Shown: positions 39,426-50,524 of the stretch, in pieces
Layout: each line of letters opens with the position of its first letter
Position numbering within the stretch: position 1 is the stretch's first letter
Source of the DNA: Sulfolobaceae archaeon
Lineage (GTDB): Archaea > Thermoproteota > Thermoprotei_A > Sulfolobales > Sulfolobaceae
DNA: 64,000 nt
NCBI GenBank assembly: GCA_038893355.1
Contig: JAWARQ010000001.1
Coordinates: 1 to 64,000 of the forward strand
Direction of reading: 5' to 3'
Notes under the pieces: generated by a model
What the model was told of the DNA's origin: nothing
The model's database searches: none
Seen by the model: the letters and a program-made list of their open reading frames with translations, nothing else
Made by a program: the position numbers and the translations under genes

Positions 39426-40082
39426 ATGATAGTAGCTCGTGAACTATTAGTAGATAGTATCACTAAGGCATTATCGCCAGAGTATAATCCTAAAAGGAAC
39501 TTTTTACAAAGCGTAGAATTAATTGTAACGTTTAAAGGAGTTGATATGAAAAAAGGTGAAATTAAATTAAGGGAACCAGTGCTACTTCCTAAAAAACCTT
39601 CAAAAGACTTCAAAGTTTTGGTAGTACCAACTTTGGAAATATTAGAAGAAGTTAAAAAAGCACAGCCTAACATGATCCTAACTAAAGATGACCTCCAAAA
39701 GCTACAAGGAAATAAAAGGCAAATCAAAAAGATAGCGAGTAGGAACGATTGGTTTTTAGTAGCTCAGGAGTCAATTGCATTAGTAGGAAGAATCTTAGGC
39801 CCAGCACTTGGGCCTAGAGGAAAATTCCCATTGCCATTACCAACATCAGGTGATGTAGTAGCATATATAAATAGATTTAAGAGGTCAACTTTAGTAAAAA
39901 CAAAAGATCAACCGCACGTACAAACCTTTATAGGAACTGAGGACATGAAGCCAGAGGATTTAGCGGAAAATGCTGAAGCAGTATTAAATACCATAGAACA
40001 AAAAATACCAAGTACTTCCATTATTAGAAAAATATATGTTAAGACAACAATGGGTAAAATAGTTGAGGTAAAGGTGAGATAA
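39426..40082 (+). CDS. rpl1: 50S ribosomal protein L1
   Basis: [19 protein letters not shown] and VKTTMG motifs. Confidence 0.97.
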   Translation: MIVARELLVDSITKALSPEYNPKRNFLQSVELIVTFKGVDMKKGEIKLREPVLLPKKPSKDFKVLVVPTLEILEEVKKAQPNMILTKDDLQKLQGNKRQIKKIASRNDWFLVAQESIALVGRILGPALGPRGKFPLPLPTSGDVVAYINRFKRSTLVKTKDQPHVQTFIGTEDMKPEDLAENAEAVLNTIEQKIPSTSIIRKIYVKTTMGKIVEVKVR

Positions 40083-40084
40083 AA

Positions 40085-41089
40085 ATGAGCATACAAGTAG
40101 CAAAAAGAAAAATTCAAAAATGGAAAATAGAAGAAGTTAATGATATAAAAGAAAAGATTAAAAAATATAATGTAATATTAATTGCAGACATTCAAGGATT
40201 TCCAGCTGATAAGTTACATGAAATAAGAAAAAGATTAAGGGGTATTGCAGAGTTAAAGGTTGCTAAAAACTCGTTATTTGAAATAGCACTTAGAGAATCT
40301 GGAATTAATGTTGAACAGTTTAAAAAGTATTTAACGGGCACTAATTTATATATATTTACTAATATAAATCCATTTACATTATCATTAATTTTATCTAGAT
40401 TTAATCTTAAAAGATATGCAATACCTGGCGATAAAGCTGATGAAGAAGTTGTAATTCCGGCAGGAGACACTGGATTGCCTGCAGGTCCTATATTAAGTGT
40501 ATTTGGAAAACTTAAAGTACAGACTAGAGTACAAGATGGTAAAGTGTATGTAGTAAAGGATACTGTTATAGCGAAGCCAGGCGAGGTTATTCCAGTTGAT
40601 GCGATAGGGATATTACAGAAACTGGGAATAATGCCAGTATATGTTAGGCTAAAAATAAAAGTAGCGTATGATAAAGGTCTCTTAATAGAAGGGGAGAATC
40701 TAAAGCTAAATATTGAAGAGTATAAAAACCAAATTAGCTCTGCAGCAATACTCGCATTAAATACTGCTGCAGAAATAGGTTATTTAACACCAGAAACAGT
40801 ACCATTAGTATTTTCAAGAGCCATAATGAGGGCAAGATCTTTAGCGGTAGAAATAGGTTATTTAACACCAGAAACAGTACCGCTGATACTTCAAAAAGCA
40901 TTATCAAAGGCTTATGCATTAGCTTATAGTATCTCATCAAAAGTTGATTTAGGTATTAGTACTCCTATTGTCCCACAGCAACAAGCACAGCCTACACAAG
41001 AAGCTAAGAAAGAAGAAAAGAAGGAAGAAGAAGAAAAGAAGCCGAGTGAAGAAGAAATCGCTAGCGGATTATCATCACTATTCGGATAG
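40085..41089 (+). CDS. rpl10: 50S ribosomal protein L10/P0
   Basis: [12 protein letters not shown] motif and acidic C-terminal tail ending GLSSLFG. Confidence 0.97.
   Translation: MSIQVAKRKIQKWKIEEVNDIKEKIKKYNVILIADIQGFPADKLHEIRKRLRGIAELKVAKNSLFEIALRESGINVEQFKKYLTGTNLYIFTNINPFTLSLILSRFNLKRYAIPGDKADEEVVIPAGDTGLPAGPILSVFGKLKVQTRVQDGKVYVVKDTVIAKPGEVIPVDAIGILQKLGIMPVYVRLKIKVAYDKGLLIEGENLKLNIEEYKNQISSAAILALNTAAEIGYLTPETVPLVFSRAIMRARSLAVEIGYLTPETVPLILQKALSKAYALAYSISSKVDLGISTPIVPQQQAQPTQEAKKEEKKEEEEKKPSEEEIASGLSSLFG
40771..40881 (+). repeat. Exact 33-bp direct repeat within rpl10 (40771-40803 and 40849-40881)
   Basis: AGAAATAGGTTATTTAACACCAGAAACAGTACC occurs twice, 78 nt apart ([11 protein letters not shown] x2). 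Confidence 0.95.
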
Positions 41090-41102
41090 CATAGTAAGGA
41101 AA
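40961..41102 (+). repeat. 142-bp perfect direct repeat, copy 1 (rpl10 tail + 13 nt of 3' flank)
   Basis: Identical base for base to 42119-42260. Confidence 0.95.
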
Positions 41103-41444
41103 CTATTCCTTTCTCTAATACTATCGCAAATAATAATATAAAAATTAAAATATTATTTAAGCTATAGATAATTTTTCTTCTTTCTTCTCATGATTATAAT
41201 TTTATACTAATTAAGATAATAATACTAATAATACATTGGCTGTAAATGTTTATACTTTATAAAACTTTACGGAAAAAGTATAGGGTCTTACGGAAAAATT
41301 CTAGACTATGCCTAAAGTTTAACCGAAAGATTTATTACTAAACGCTACTTTTGAAAGTTTCTATCTTAAGCTAATTAGACTTTACTATTTGTCTTTAAAG
41401 AGAGAATAGACATTAAAGGAAGTATTATGAGAATTATATAATTT

Positions 41445-41716
41445 AACGATTTTCTGATAAACGCTAAAGATAGAGTTCGGCTTTCATCGTAACTAGTAGT
41501 TACTTTTCGTGACCACTAGTTACTTAGCCTCATTACTCCTCCTCCCTCCCCATGCCTAGGTTAGGGAGCATACCTCCCAGCCACGACACGGGGAGTTTCA
41601 TCGAGTACCTTCCTCTCCCTCGCAACTGCTCATAGAGTTCATAGTGGTACTCTCTGATTAAATAGCAACTACAAATCTTATAAATTTTGATAGGTTCAGC
41701 TTATTTGATAGCGTTA
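41445..41716 (-). mobile_element. Non-autonomous IS607/IS200-IS605-derived element (MITE-like) with a candidate structured ncRNA
   Basis: GC-richer island in an AT-rich gap. Direct repeats TTTGATAG (41686, 41704), minus-strand TATA at 41684-41677, hairpin at 41489-41523, stem 41603-41609/41646-41652, and a 17/19 match of 41451-41469 to the IS607 end at 237-255. Boundaries approximate. Confidence 0.65.
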
Positions 41717-41880
41717 AGAGGATTAGAAGTGATTAAAAATAACTGAAAGTTACGTAAACTTGTTACAGACTTATTCTTCGTAATATAACTATAATGCAAT
41801 TTAAAAACAATATTTACTTCGTATCAAACAACTTTTATATTGGCTATTAATATTGAGCATAAATGCTTTACAGAATTTAA

Positions 41881-41897
41881 GAGAAAAAATTTATATG
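41881..41897 (+). promoter_or_regulatory. Putative dedicated rpl12 promoter
   Basis: GAGAAAAAA-TTTATATG with the TATA box 37 nt upstream of the ATG; a second TTTATATA lies at 41904. Confidence 0.55.
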
Positions 41898-41926
41898 TAG
41901 CGCTTTATATATGAGTTAGGATAGTC

Positions 41927-42247
41927 ATGGAGTACATATATGCTAGCCTCTTACTTCACTCAGCTAAAAAGGAAATAAGTGAAGAAAACCTTAGGAATGT
42001 TCTTTCTGCAGCAGGGATAAGTATAGATGAAGTGAGATTGAAGGCTGTAGTGGCTGCATTAAAGGAAGTAAACATAGATGAGGTATTAAAATCAGCAACA
42101 TCTATGCCTATTTCTGTAACTCCTATTGTCCCACAGCAACAAGCACAGCCTACACAAGAAGCTAAGAAAGAAGAAAAGAAGGAAGAAGAAGAAAAGAAGC
42201 CGAGTGAAGAAGAAATCGCTAGCGGATTATCATCACTATTCGGATAG
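41927..42247 (+). CDS. rpl12: 50S ribosomal stalk protein P1/L12
   Basis: [12 protein letters not shown]-terminus and acidic tail. Confidence 0.97.
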   Translation: MEYIYASLLLHSAKKEISEENLRNVLSAAGISIDEVRLKAVVAALKEVNIDEVLKSATSMPISVTPIVPQQQAQPTQEAKKEEKKEEEEKKPSEEEIASGLSSLFG

Positions 42248-42260
42248 CATAGTAAGGAAA
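42119..42260 (+). repeat. 142-bp perfect direct repeat, copy 2 (rpl12 tail + 13 nt of 3' flank)
   Basis: Identical to 40961-41102. Confidence 0.95.
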
Positions 42261-42295
42261 AAATTCTAATGACACTTTATACTAAGGTCTAAATT

Positions 42296-45025
42296 ATGAA
42301 AAAAGTAAATGCCGATGAATATAGAATAAAATTTTTTAACATAAATAATTATTATAGGAAACAATGTAAGTCTTGTAATACATATTTTTGGACTAAGTCC
42401 GAGAATAGAGAAATATGTGCAGACGTTCCATGTACTGATTACTATTTCTTTGACCTCGATATAAAAACAAAGCCATTAACTGTATCAGAAGCCAGAGAGA
42501 AGTTTTTGAGATTCTTTGAGAAGAAAGGACATAAAATAATTAAACCGAAACCAGTTTTAGCTAGATGGAGAGAAGATCTTTATCTTACAATAGCAAGCAT
42601 AGTAGACTTTCAACCGCACGTAACTAGTGGATTAGTTCCACCACCTGCAAATCCTTTAGTCCTCTCTCAGCCTTGTATAAGACTTGAAGATATTGATAAT
42701 GTTGGGATAACCTTTGGTAGACATTTAACCAGTTTTGAAATGGCAGCGCACCATGCATTTAATTATCCAGATAAGTACGTATATTGGAAAGACGAGACTG
42801 TAGAATACGCTAAAGAATTCTTCACGAAAGAGTTAGGAATACCAGAAGAAGAATTAAATTTCAAAGAATCGTGGTGGGAAGGTGGCGGAAATGCTGGACC
42901 ATGTTTTGAAGTAACGGTAGGAGGTTTAGAATTAGCTACACTCGTGTTCATGCAGTATAAGGTTGAAAATAATGAATACATACCGTTAAATCTAAAAATA
43001 GTTGATACTGGTTATGGTATAGAACGAATAGCTTGGTTTACACAAAAAACTCCTACTGCTTTTCATGCAATATTTGGAAGTCTTGTTGATAGATTCTTTG
43101 AAAAAATAGGTGTAACGAAAGTAGATGAAGAACTCCTCAGAGTAGCAGCAAGATATGCGGGAAAAATCGATCCTGAACGTCCTGAAAGTATAAATAAGCA
43201 TAGAGAACTTGTAAGCTCTGCCCTAGGTCTAAGCCAAAGATTTGTAGAACAGGAACTAACTAGGGCTGCAAGAGTATTCCAAGTTCTTGATCATACAAAG
43301 ACTATATCGTTAATGTTAGCTGACGGTTTAGTTCCATCAAACTCTGGTGAAGGATACCTTGGTAGGCTAGTAATTAGAAGAACTTTAAGAGTATTAAAAT
43401 TATTAAATAGTGATATTAAACTTTCTGAACTTATAAAGTATCAAATAGATTATTGGAAATCTGATTTTCCTCAGATGCTAAAGAATAAAGATTATATAAT
43501 TGAAGTAATTGATGAAGAGCAGGAGAAATTTAATGAGGTAGTATCACGATTACCAAATGTAGTTAACGCGTATATGAAAAAAGGTTCAATTACAATAGAT
43601 GATTTAATACAAATATATGATAGTAATGGGATACCCCCTGATCTTTTGTCTGAGGAGTTAGGTAAGCGGGGAATAAAACTAGATATTCCACATAATTTTT
43701 ACTCATTAGTTGCGAAGAGGCATCAAAATGCTCCGATAAAAACTACTAAGAGGCTACAGATCCCTAACGAAATAATTATGAAAATCCAGTTGCTGAAACC
43801 AACTAGAAAGTTATATTATGAAGATCCTTATCTTAGAGAGTTTGAAGCTAGTATAGTAGCTGCATTAGATAATTATCTCATATTAGACAAGACTGCATTC
43901 TATCCTGAAGGTGGAGGTCAACTTGGTGATACTGGAATAATAGAATATAATGGCGAGAAGTATAATGTAGTTGATACTCAGATAGTAAATGATGTAATAG
44001 TTCACATATTAGATAGGAAGATTAGTGCGAATGAAGGAGATAAAGTTAAAGGTACAATAGACTGGCGTAGAAGATATAAGCTGATGAGACATCATACTGC
44101 TACCCATATAATATTAGCTGCGGCAAGACGTGTGTTGGGAGAACATGTATGGCAAGCAGGTGCAGAAAAAACCCCAGAAAAAGGAAGATTAGATATTACC
44201 CACTATAAAATGCTTAGTCAAGAAGAAATTAAGAAAATAGAGGATTTGGCTAACTATGTAATTTCAGATAGAAGACCAGTTACTTCAATAATAATGAACC
44301 GAACTGAGGCAGAAGAAATTTTTGGGATATCAATATACGAAGGTGGTGTTCCAAATACTCCTCAATTAAGATTATTAGAAATAAAAGATTGGGATATCGA
44401 AGCATGTGGAGGAACTCACGTGCATAATACTAGTGAAATAGGTGGGGTAAAGATTATAAATGTTGAAAAGTTACAAGATGGTGTTATAAGACTTGAATAT
44501 GTTGCTGGGGAAGTAATTTCTGAATATGCTAGAAAGTTGGAGAATATATTATTAGAAGCTTCAAAGCTAGTAAATTCTCCAACATCATTATTATTAAACA
44601 GAATTTCCAAAATAATTTCAGAACGTAAGGAAATTGAAAAAATATTAGATAAATATAGAAATCATATAATGAAAATATTACTTAATAAATCACCATTAAT
44701 AGTAAATAATATTAAGCTATATATCTACGATGAGATAATCGATGAGGAACTACAAAAGGAATTAATGAAGATGTTAACCACTAATACTCAGTCTTCTATA
44801 GTATTAAGCTTAATAAGAGAAGATGATAAGGTAACTAAATTAAATATGGCATCTTCCAAAGATATAGACTTATCTAATATTATACAAGGTCTTAGGGGAT
44901 TAGGACTAAAGGGTGGTGGTGGAAAAACTTATGCTTCATTTATAATAGATACTTCTAGATTTGAAATTGAAGATATTATCAATGAAATTAAGAGAAGAAT
45001 TAGTGAGAGCCTCAGAGGATTATAA
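42296..45025 (+). CDS. alaS: Alanine--tRNA ligase
   Basis: [25 protein letters not shown] and EACGGTH motifs. Confidence 0.98.
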   Translation: MKKVNADEYRIKFFNINNYYRKQCKSCNTYFWTKSENREICADVPCTDYYFFDLDIKTKPLTVSEAREKFLRFFEKKGHKIIKPKPVLARWREDLYLTIASIVDFQPHVTSGLVPPPANPLVLSQPCIRLEDIDNVGITFGRHLTSFEMAAHHAFNYPDKYVYWKDETVEYAKEFFTKELGIPEEELNFKESWWEGGGNAGPCFEVTVGGLELATLVFMQYKVENNEYIPLNLKIVDTGYGIERIAWFTQKTPTAFHAIFGSLVDRFFEKIGVTKVDEELLRVAARYAGKIDPERPESINKHRELVSSALGLSQRFVEQELTRAARVFQVLDHTKTISLMLADGLVPSNSGEGYLGRLVIRRTLRVLKLLNSDIKLSELIKYQIDYWKSDFPQMLKNKDYIIEVIDEEQEKFNEVVSRLPNVVNAYMKKGSITIDDLIQIYDSNGIPPDLLSEELGKRGIKLDIPHNFYSLVAKRHQNAPIKTTKRLQIPNEIIMKIQLLKPTRKLYYEDPYLREFEASIVAALDNYLILDKTAFYPEGGGQLGDTGIIEYNGEKYNVVDTQIVNDVIVHILDRKISANEGDKVKGTIDWRRRYKLMRHHTATHIILAAARRVLGEHVWQAGAEKTPEKGRLDITHYKMLSQEEIKKIEDLANYVISDRRPVTSIIMNRTEAEEIFGISIYEGGVPNTPQLRLLEIKDWDIEACGGTHVHNTSEIGGVKIINVEKLQDGVIRLEYVAGEVISEYARKLENILLEASKLVNSPTSLLLNRISKIISERKEIEKILDKYRNHIMKILLNKSPLIVNNIKLYIYDEIIDEELQKELMKMLTTNTQSSIVLSLIREDDKVTKLNMASSKDIDLSNIIQGLRGLGLKGGGGKTYASFIIDTSRFEIEDIINEIKRRISESLRGL

Positions 45026-45629
45026 GTATTTACTGAATAGAGGTTACTCAAGAAAATTAGCATTATTTACAATTAATGCTAGGTATAACTTGAGTAATAC
45101 TGAAAGGAATCTTTTGTATAGATGCATTCATTCCGATGAAGAGTTAAAGGTAATTAGCCAAAAATTAAGAGACATAAACTCTCTATCTGGCGAGATAGTA
45201 ATAGACGGGTATAATATAGCCTTAACATTATTATCAATATTTAATGGCGATCCTACATTTATATGTGATGATGGATTTATTAGGGATATAAATTTAGGTA
45301 AACTAAAAAATAGCGATACTATAGCTGATGTCTTATTATGGGTTATTGAAAAATTGAATTCGCAGGTAATCAATGTTAAACCAGCAATAATACTAGATTC
45401 TCAAATAAGTAGGAGTGGTGAGATCGCAAAGTCCTTAAGAGAGAGAAAGATTAAAGTAATTTTATCAAGAAGCGCAGATAAAGATGTTATACTTTCGAAT
45501 TCAATTGTGTGTAGTAATGATTTCTTAGTAATATTAAAATCACATTATGTTGTAAATTTAATACCCTACTTGTTAGCATCAGAGGAGAACATAATAGTAT
45601 ATAGCGGTCCTTGGTCGAAAACTCTTTAA
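44982..45629 (+). CDS. DUF434-domain protein
   Basis: [15 protein letters not shown] and CDDGFIRD motifs. Confidence 0.75.
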   Translation: MKLREELVRASEDYKYLLNRGYSRKLALFTINARYNLSNTERNLLYRCIHSDEELKVISQKLRDINSLSGEIVIDGYNIALTLLSIFNGDPTFICDDGFIRDINLGKLKNSDTIADVLLWVIEKLNSQVINVKPAIILDSQISRSGEIAKSLRERKIKVILSRSADKDVILSNSIVCSNDFLVILKSHYVVNLIPYLLASEENIIVYSGPWSKTL

Positions 45630-45652
45630 AATCTTTAAAGGAATATATTATT

Positions 45653-45740
45653 GGACCCGTAGCTCAGCCAGGACAGAGCGCCGGCCTCCTAAAACGCTGA
45701 AGAAAGCCGGTGGTCGCGGGTTCGAATCCCGCCGGGTCCG
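45653..45740 (+). tRNA. tRNA-Arg(CCT) with a 13-nt intron at position 37/38 (45692-45704)
   Basis: GGACCCG acceptor stem; CCGGC-CTCCTA[AAACGCTGAAGAA]A-GCCGG; T-loop GTTCGAATC. Confidence 0.93.
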
Positions 45741-45745
45741 CTACT

Positions 45746-46495
45746 TTAACAGTCTAAAATTATTCTAGATGCGTTATCCCATATCAATGGTATTAGTGTC
45801 TTAAACTTAAATAATGCAATATTTATATTTATTTCCATTAAATTAACATTAACTTTTTTATTAGAAATCTCAATATTTTCTTTATTTTGTGAAAAATATG
45901 AAAGGGCAGAAATTATATTAGCCTTGTTTTCCCCGATCGAAAAAGTCTTACATAATGCAGAAATCCTTGCAGATTTTAAATCAGGCCCTATTTCTACAAA
46001 TACCTCTTTACATGTTGTTTTAAGAATGTTCTCGAGCATTTCCCTAAATAACTCATTCAAAGTATATGGTATGTTATTTGGATTTATACCTAATGGTGGA
46101 ATCATAACTTTTGAAGGAAGATTATAATTTTTAACATTCTTCATTACTACATCTGCATGGAAGAATACAAAATAGTAGCTGCAAATACGGGATCTTACAA
46201 AATTTGATAAATATATATTTATCTCATCTGAAATATTTTTTTCAAATAAAGATCTAGTTATGTTCCTATTTGTTATGAAAAAGCCCTTAATCGATATAAT
46301 ATTTTTAAAATCTTCAAAATAATTATAATATATTATGTATTTATCTTTTATTTTTATTTTTTCATCTTTAAATAGTTTATTAAAATATTTATATAAATTA
46401 CTTATGTATTTATTATTAATTATCAACCATTCTCCTAACTCATCGAAAACGTATGGAGAAGAATCATTGTCCTTTCTGAAAAATATCATTATCAC
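45746..46495 (-). CDS. Hypothetical protein
   Basis: 249-aa ORF filling the gap between two tRNAs; no family recognised. Confidence 0.7.
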   Translation of the reverse strand: MIMIFFRKDNDSSPYVFDELGEWLIINNKYISNLYKYFNKLFKDEKIKIKDKYIIYYNYFEDFKNIISIKGFFITNRNITRSLFEKNISDEINIYLSNFVRSRICSYYFVFFHADVVMKNVKNYNLPSKVMIPPLGINPNNIPYTLNELFREMLENILKTTCKEVFVEIGPDLKSARISALCKTFSIGENKANIISALSYFSQNKENIEISNKKVNVNLMEININIALFKFKTLIPLIWDNASRIILDC

Positions 46496-46542
46496 TTTTT
46501 ATCTGCGTAAATTTTTAAACTTTATAAGACCTTATAACATTT

Positions 46543-46615
46543 AGCCGGGTCGTCTAGCGGTCAAGGATACGGGGCTCTGGCCCCCGTGACCAGGGTTCGA
46601 ATCCCTGCCCGGCTA
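46543..46615 (+). tRNA. tRNA-Gln(CTG)
   Basis: AGCCGGG acceptor stem; CGGGG-CTCTGGC-CCCCG; T-rich tract downstream. Confidence 0.96.
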
Positions 46616-47031
46616 CTTTTATTTTAAGGACATATTATATAAGCCTACGTAGCGATTAAGGGAAGATCCCTTAGATACTTCAGCTCATAAGGCTCATTCT
46701 TATACCAAACACCCCAAACAATCCAGACTGAGGAAAGCTAAGCGATTTTCAGATTTCTTAAAGTGGTTAGAAATATAATGTATAATTCTTCCTATAATTA
46801 TGTATAAAAATTTAAAAATGTTTTATAAAATTATTTTATTATAATTTTTAAGTATAAATAATTTCCTCTTTTTTATATATTTCTAATTCTATTCAGATAG
46901 AATTATATAGATACTAGTTAATTATTTTTACTTAAAAGTATTGATATTATAAGTTATAGGATAATTTATATTTAATCGTTTATCTCTATAATTTATTCAA
47001 TATTAAGTAACAAAATAATTTATTCAAAAAA

Positions 47032-48171
47032 TTATCTCTTATCTAATGGAATAAACTTCTTTTTTTCTGTGGGACCTACATATAATGCCCTAGGTCTAAT
47101 TAATCTATGCTCCTCATTAACGTATTCTATAATATGTGCTAGCCAACCTAAAACCCTAGATAGCGCAAATAATGCAGTGTACATGTATACTGGGTATCCT
47201 AGTGCGTAATATACGATTCCAGAGTAAAAGTCAGTGTTTGGATAGATCTTTTTACTGCTGAATTGCTTTAAGCCCAACTCTTCTAATTTCAACGCTATTT
47301 TTAAAATCTTTTCTACATTAGGATTAATTTTTGCAAAGCTTTCAGCATATCTCTTAAAAACTAGTGACCTCGGATCATATGTTCTATATACTCTATGCCC
47401 AAATCCCATTAATCTATTCTTCTCCTCGATAATTTTCTTCTGGAACCACCTTTCTACGTTTTCAACATCTCCTATCTCTAGGAACTGTTTAAATGCCTCC
47501 TCTGCAGCACCTCCATGCAAAGGTCCTTTTAGTGCTGCAAGTGCTGCAACTATCGAGGAATACATGTCCGAAAGCGTTGAAGATACTACTAAGGCTGCAG
47601 TAGTGGATGCCGGCACTTCATGATCCGCATAAAGTATTAATGCAGCATTTAAAGCTTTTAACTCAAGTTCATTTGGGTTCCTATTAAAGCATGCATTATA
47701 AAAGCTTTTAGCATAACTCTCAGAAGGTTCTGGTATTTTTGGCTTTAGTCCTTCTTTCATTCTATAGATATTTGCTACTATAGTTGAAGTTTTAGCAATA
47801 ATTTCAATTGCCTTTTCTTTATCATTGATTTTCCATTTGAATCCTTTATCGATTGCTGCTAAAACGGAGAATGCAACTTCCATTGCTGCAATAGGATCTG
47901 CATCTCTTGGTAGAGAATATATTGCATTTATAACTTGCTCTGGTACATTGTAATTTTTATTAATCTTATCGATAACTTCTTTAACTTGATGTTTATTAGG
48001 CAATTCACCGTAAAGTATTAGATAGATGACTTCTTCATAAGAGGAATTTTCAGCTAGCTCTGGTACATCATAACCTCTATATAACAAGATACCTTTTTCG
48101 CCATCGATGTACGTAATAGATGTCGTCTTTATTACTACGTTTTCCAAACCTTTACTAACTATACTACTCAT
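47032..48171 (-). CDS. gltA: Citrate/2-methylcitrate synthase
   Basis: SKGLENV, YADHE, GPLHGGA, GFGHRVY and YPNTDFY motifs; start ATG 48171. Confidence 0.93.
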   Translation of the reverse strand: MSSIVSKGLENVVIKTTSITYIDGEKGILLYRGYDVPELAENSSYEEVIYLILYGELPNKHQVKEVIDKINKNYNVPEQVINAIYSLPRDADPIAAMEVAFSVLAAIDKGFKWKINDKEKAIEIIAKTSTIVANIYRMKEGLKPKIPEPSESYAKSFYNACFNRNPNELELKALNAALILYADHEVPASTTAALVVSSTLSDMYSSIVAALAALKGPLHGGAAEEAFKQFLEIGDVENVERWFQKKIIEEKNRLMGFGHRVYRTYDPRSLVFKRYAESFAKINPNVEKILKIALKLEELGLKQFSSKKIYPNTDFYSGIVYYALGYPVYMYTALFALSRVLGWLAHIIEYVNEEHRLIRPRALYVGPTEKKKFIPLDKR

Positions 48172-48297
48172 GTTAACTATTTTACCTTCTTGTAACTTTA
48201 AACTTTCTTGATGACCTTTAAAAAGCAATTCAAGAGATTATAAACATAAACGTTAATTGTTTAGAACAAAGGAGAAACTTAATATTAAATTTAAAAA

Positions 48298-49170
48298 TCA
48301 TACACTGCGCTTAGCTTTAATTGCCTCCTTAGATGATAGTAGTATTTGCTTATCTAAATTCTCATAAAACTTATAGTTAATTACCTCATATAACTCTGCC
48401 CTCGTCATCATATCTGGTATTAATTTTGCTTGAGTTCCTTCTTCTAAAAGAGTTTTTAGCGCCTTTTCCATAGCTTTCGCTGCTACTCTAAAGATAGTAA
48501 CTGGGAATATAACATACTTATATCCCATTTCTCTAAATTCAGAAGCGGATATTAATGGTGTTTTACCGAATTCTGTCATGTTTGCTAGTAATGGTCCTTT
48601 AACTTTTTGTGAGAATATTCTAAATTCTTCTTTACTAGTTAATGCTTCAGGGAATATAATGTCTGCTCCAGCTTCTAGATATAAGTTCGCCCTCTCTATG
48701 GCTTCTTCAAGACCTAAGACTCCCCTTGCATCAGTTCTAGCTATAATCAATGAATTACGTCTAGCCATCAGAGCTGCTTTAATTTTCTGAACCATTTCCT
48801 CCCTAGATACTAATTCTTTACCTTCAAGATGTCCACATTTTTTTGGGAGTACTTGATCTTCTATTTGAATAGCATCAGCACCACTGCTTTCTAAAACCTT
48901 TACTGCTCTATATACATTAACTACTTCACCAAACCCCGTATCAGCATCTACTATAATTGGAATATCGACTACTTCTTTTATCTTTCTAACCATTTCTGCT
49001 ACTTCTTCTAAAGTAATAACCCCTAAATCTGGTAAGCCATACGATGCCGTTAATGCAGCACCAGATAGATAAACAGCTTTAAACCCTACTCTTTTGGCTA
49101 AAATTGCAGAAAATGGGTTAAAAACTCCGGGTATAATTAAGAATTCAGAGTTTCGTAATACTTCTGACAA
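48298..49170 (-). CDS. prpB: 2-methylisocitrate lyase
   Basis: VDADTGFG, IEDQVLPKKCGH and LLANMTEFGKT motifs. Confidence 0.9.
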   Translation of the reverse strand: MSEVLRNSEFLIIPGVFNPFSAILAKRVGFKAVYLSGAALTASYGLPDLGVITLEEVAEMVRKIKEVVDIPIIVDADTGFGEVVNVYRAVKVLESSGADAIQIEDQVLPKKCGHLEGKELVSREEMVQKIKAALMARRNSLIIARTDARGVLGLEEAIERANLYLEAGADIIFPEALTSKEEFRIFSQKVKGPLLANMTEFGKTPLISASEFREMGYKYVIFPVTIFRVAAKAMEKALKTLLEEGTQAKLIPDMMTRAELYEVINYKFYENLDKQILLSSKEAIKAKRSV

Positions 49171-50452
49171 GTTCTTTCACCTTTATATTTTCTAAATTAC
49201 TAATTACACTAATTAAATCCTTTCTATTAGTCAATCTTAGGAATTTTTCGTTTAGCTCTTCATCACTCATTGGATTTCTCGCATGTCCTCTAGGTACTCT
49301 AACTTCATCTTCAAACTTACCTTTATCAGTATATATTATAGCCTTTATTGGTAACTCGTCTGCATAAACTCTAGTATATTCTGGAACCTCCACTACTTCT
49401 ATTTTCTTCATTAGTGAAATTACCTTCTCGTCATTTATTAAATCGTAAGATTCTAGCCAAAAGTCCCTCTTTAATAGACTAACCGCGAAGATGTATGGTA
49501 AACTGTGATCAGCAGTCTCTCTATTCCTTGGTCTCCATTTATCTTCAGTGTCTGCTAGTATTGTTTTTGCTGCTTCATAAGTTTCTAAAATAATCTTATT
49601 AATCTCTCCTTCATATTTAATTCTCTTTGCTAGTTCTACTGCAGCTTGTGCATGATACTCTACTGGGTATTTCTTAATATGGGTTTTTAGGATACCTTCT
49701 GGCTTATTTAATCCAGAAAACTTACTAATATCGAAATCTCCTTTAAGTATTACATTAATTAATCCAAACTTGCCAGTAAATGGCTTTTTTGGACCAGTAA
49801 AACCGTTATAAGCTAATAGAGTTGCGAATATTGCATTTCTTGCAGCATTTGCAGCTGCGGCACCTTTCCACATAGATAGCTCTCCAGATCTAGTTTCCCT
49901 GAGTGCAATATTAGGTACTAATGCCAATGAAATTGCATTTAATGTTTTCTCGAAATCAAGGCTTAGAAGTTTAGCATAAGCAGCAGCTGCAGCTATACCT
50001 AAAAACACTACATGATCTATACCTCTTGCCCTTAATGATGAAGAATCGCAAAGCCTAACTCCAATTTCATAACCAATTGAAGCAGCTAATATAATGTCAG
50101 TTCCTTTTGAATCTAGATAATAACCAAGTGCAAATAATCCTCCTAATAAGTCACTTGGATGTAATGGTTCTTTAGATAGGTATGTGTCATTAAAATCGAG
50201 GTATCTTATCAAAAATGAATTATAGAATGTTGCAAAATCTATTGAAGTAAGTTCGCCAGTCAATGTTGGAACATTGCCAGGGTATAACTTTATAGTATTC
50301 CTTATTATTTTAGCTGGTAAGGCATCTTTTGCAGCTAATGCAACGCCTATACTATCTAAAATTCTTCTTTTAACTTCTTTAATTACTTTATCATCTAGAT
50401 TACTATACTCTGTATTTACTACAAATTCCGCAATTTTTTCTGCAAGTTCCAT
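49145..50452 (-). CDS. prpD: MmgE/PrpD 2-methylcitrate dehydratase
   Basis: RYLDFNDTY..HPSD, SMWKG and TADHSLPY motifs. Confidence 0.92.
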   Translation of the reverse strand: MELAEKIAEFVVNTEYSNLDDKVIKEVKRRILDSIGVALAAKDALPAKIIRNTIKLYPGNVPTLTGELTSIDFATFYNSFLIRYLDFNDTYLSKEPLHPSDLLGGLFALGYYLDSKGTDIILAASIGYEIGVRLCDSSSLRARGIDHVVFLGIAAAAAYAKLLSLDFEKTLNAISLALVPNIALRETRSGELSMWKGAAAANAARNAIFATLLAYNGFTGPKKPFTGKFGLINVILKGDFDISKFSGLNKPEGILKTHIKKYPVEYHAQAAVELAKRIKYEGEINKIILETYEAAKTILADTEDKWRPRNRETADHSLPYIFAVSLLKRDFWLESYDLINDEKVISLMKKIEVVEVPEYTRVYADELPIKAIIYTDKGKFEDEVRVPRGHARNPMSDEELNEKFLRLTNRKDLISVISNLENIKVKELVRSITKL

Positions 50453-50524
50453 GATTATATTGTAATAGTACTGTTTAAAAAGGCTTAGATAAATTTAAAG
50501 ACAAATAATAGTAATCGTGATATA

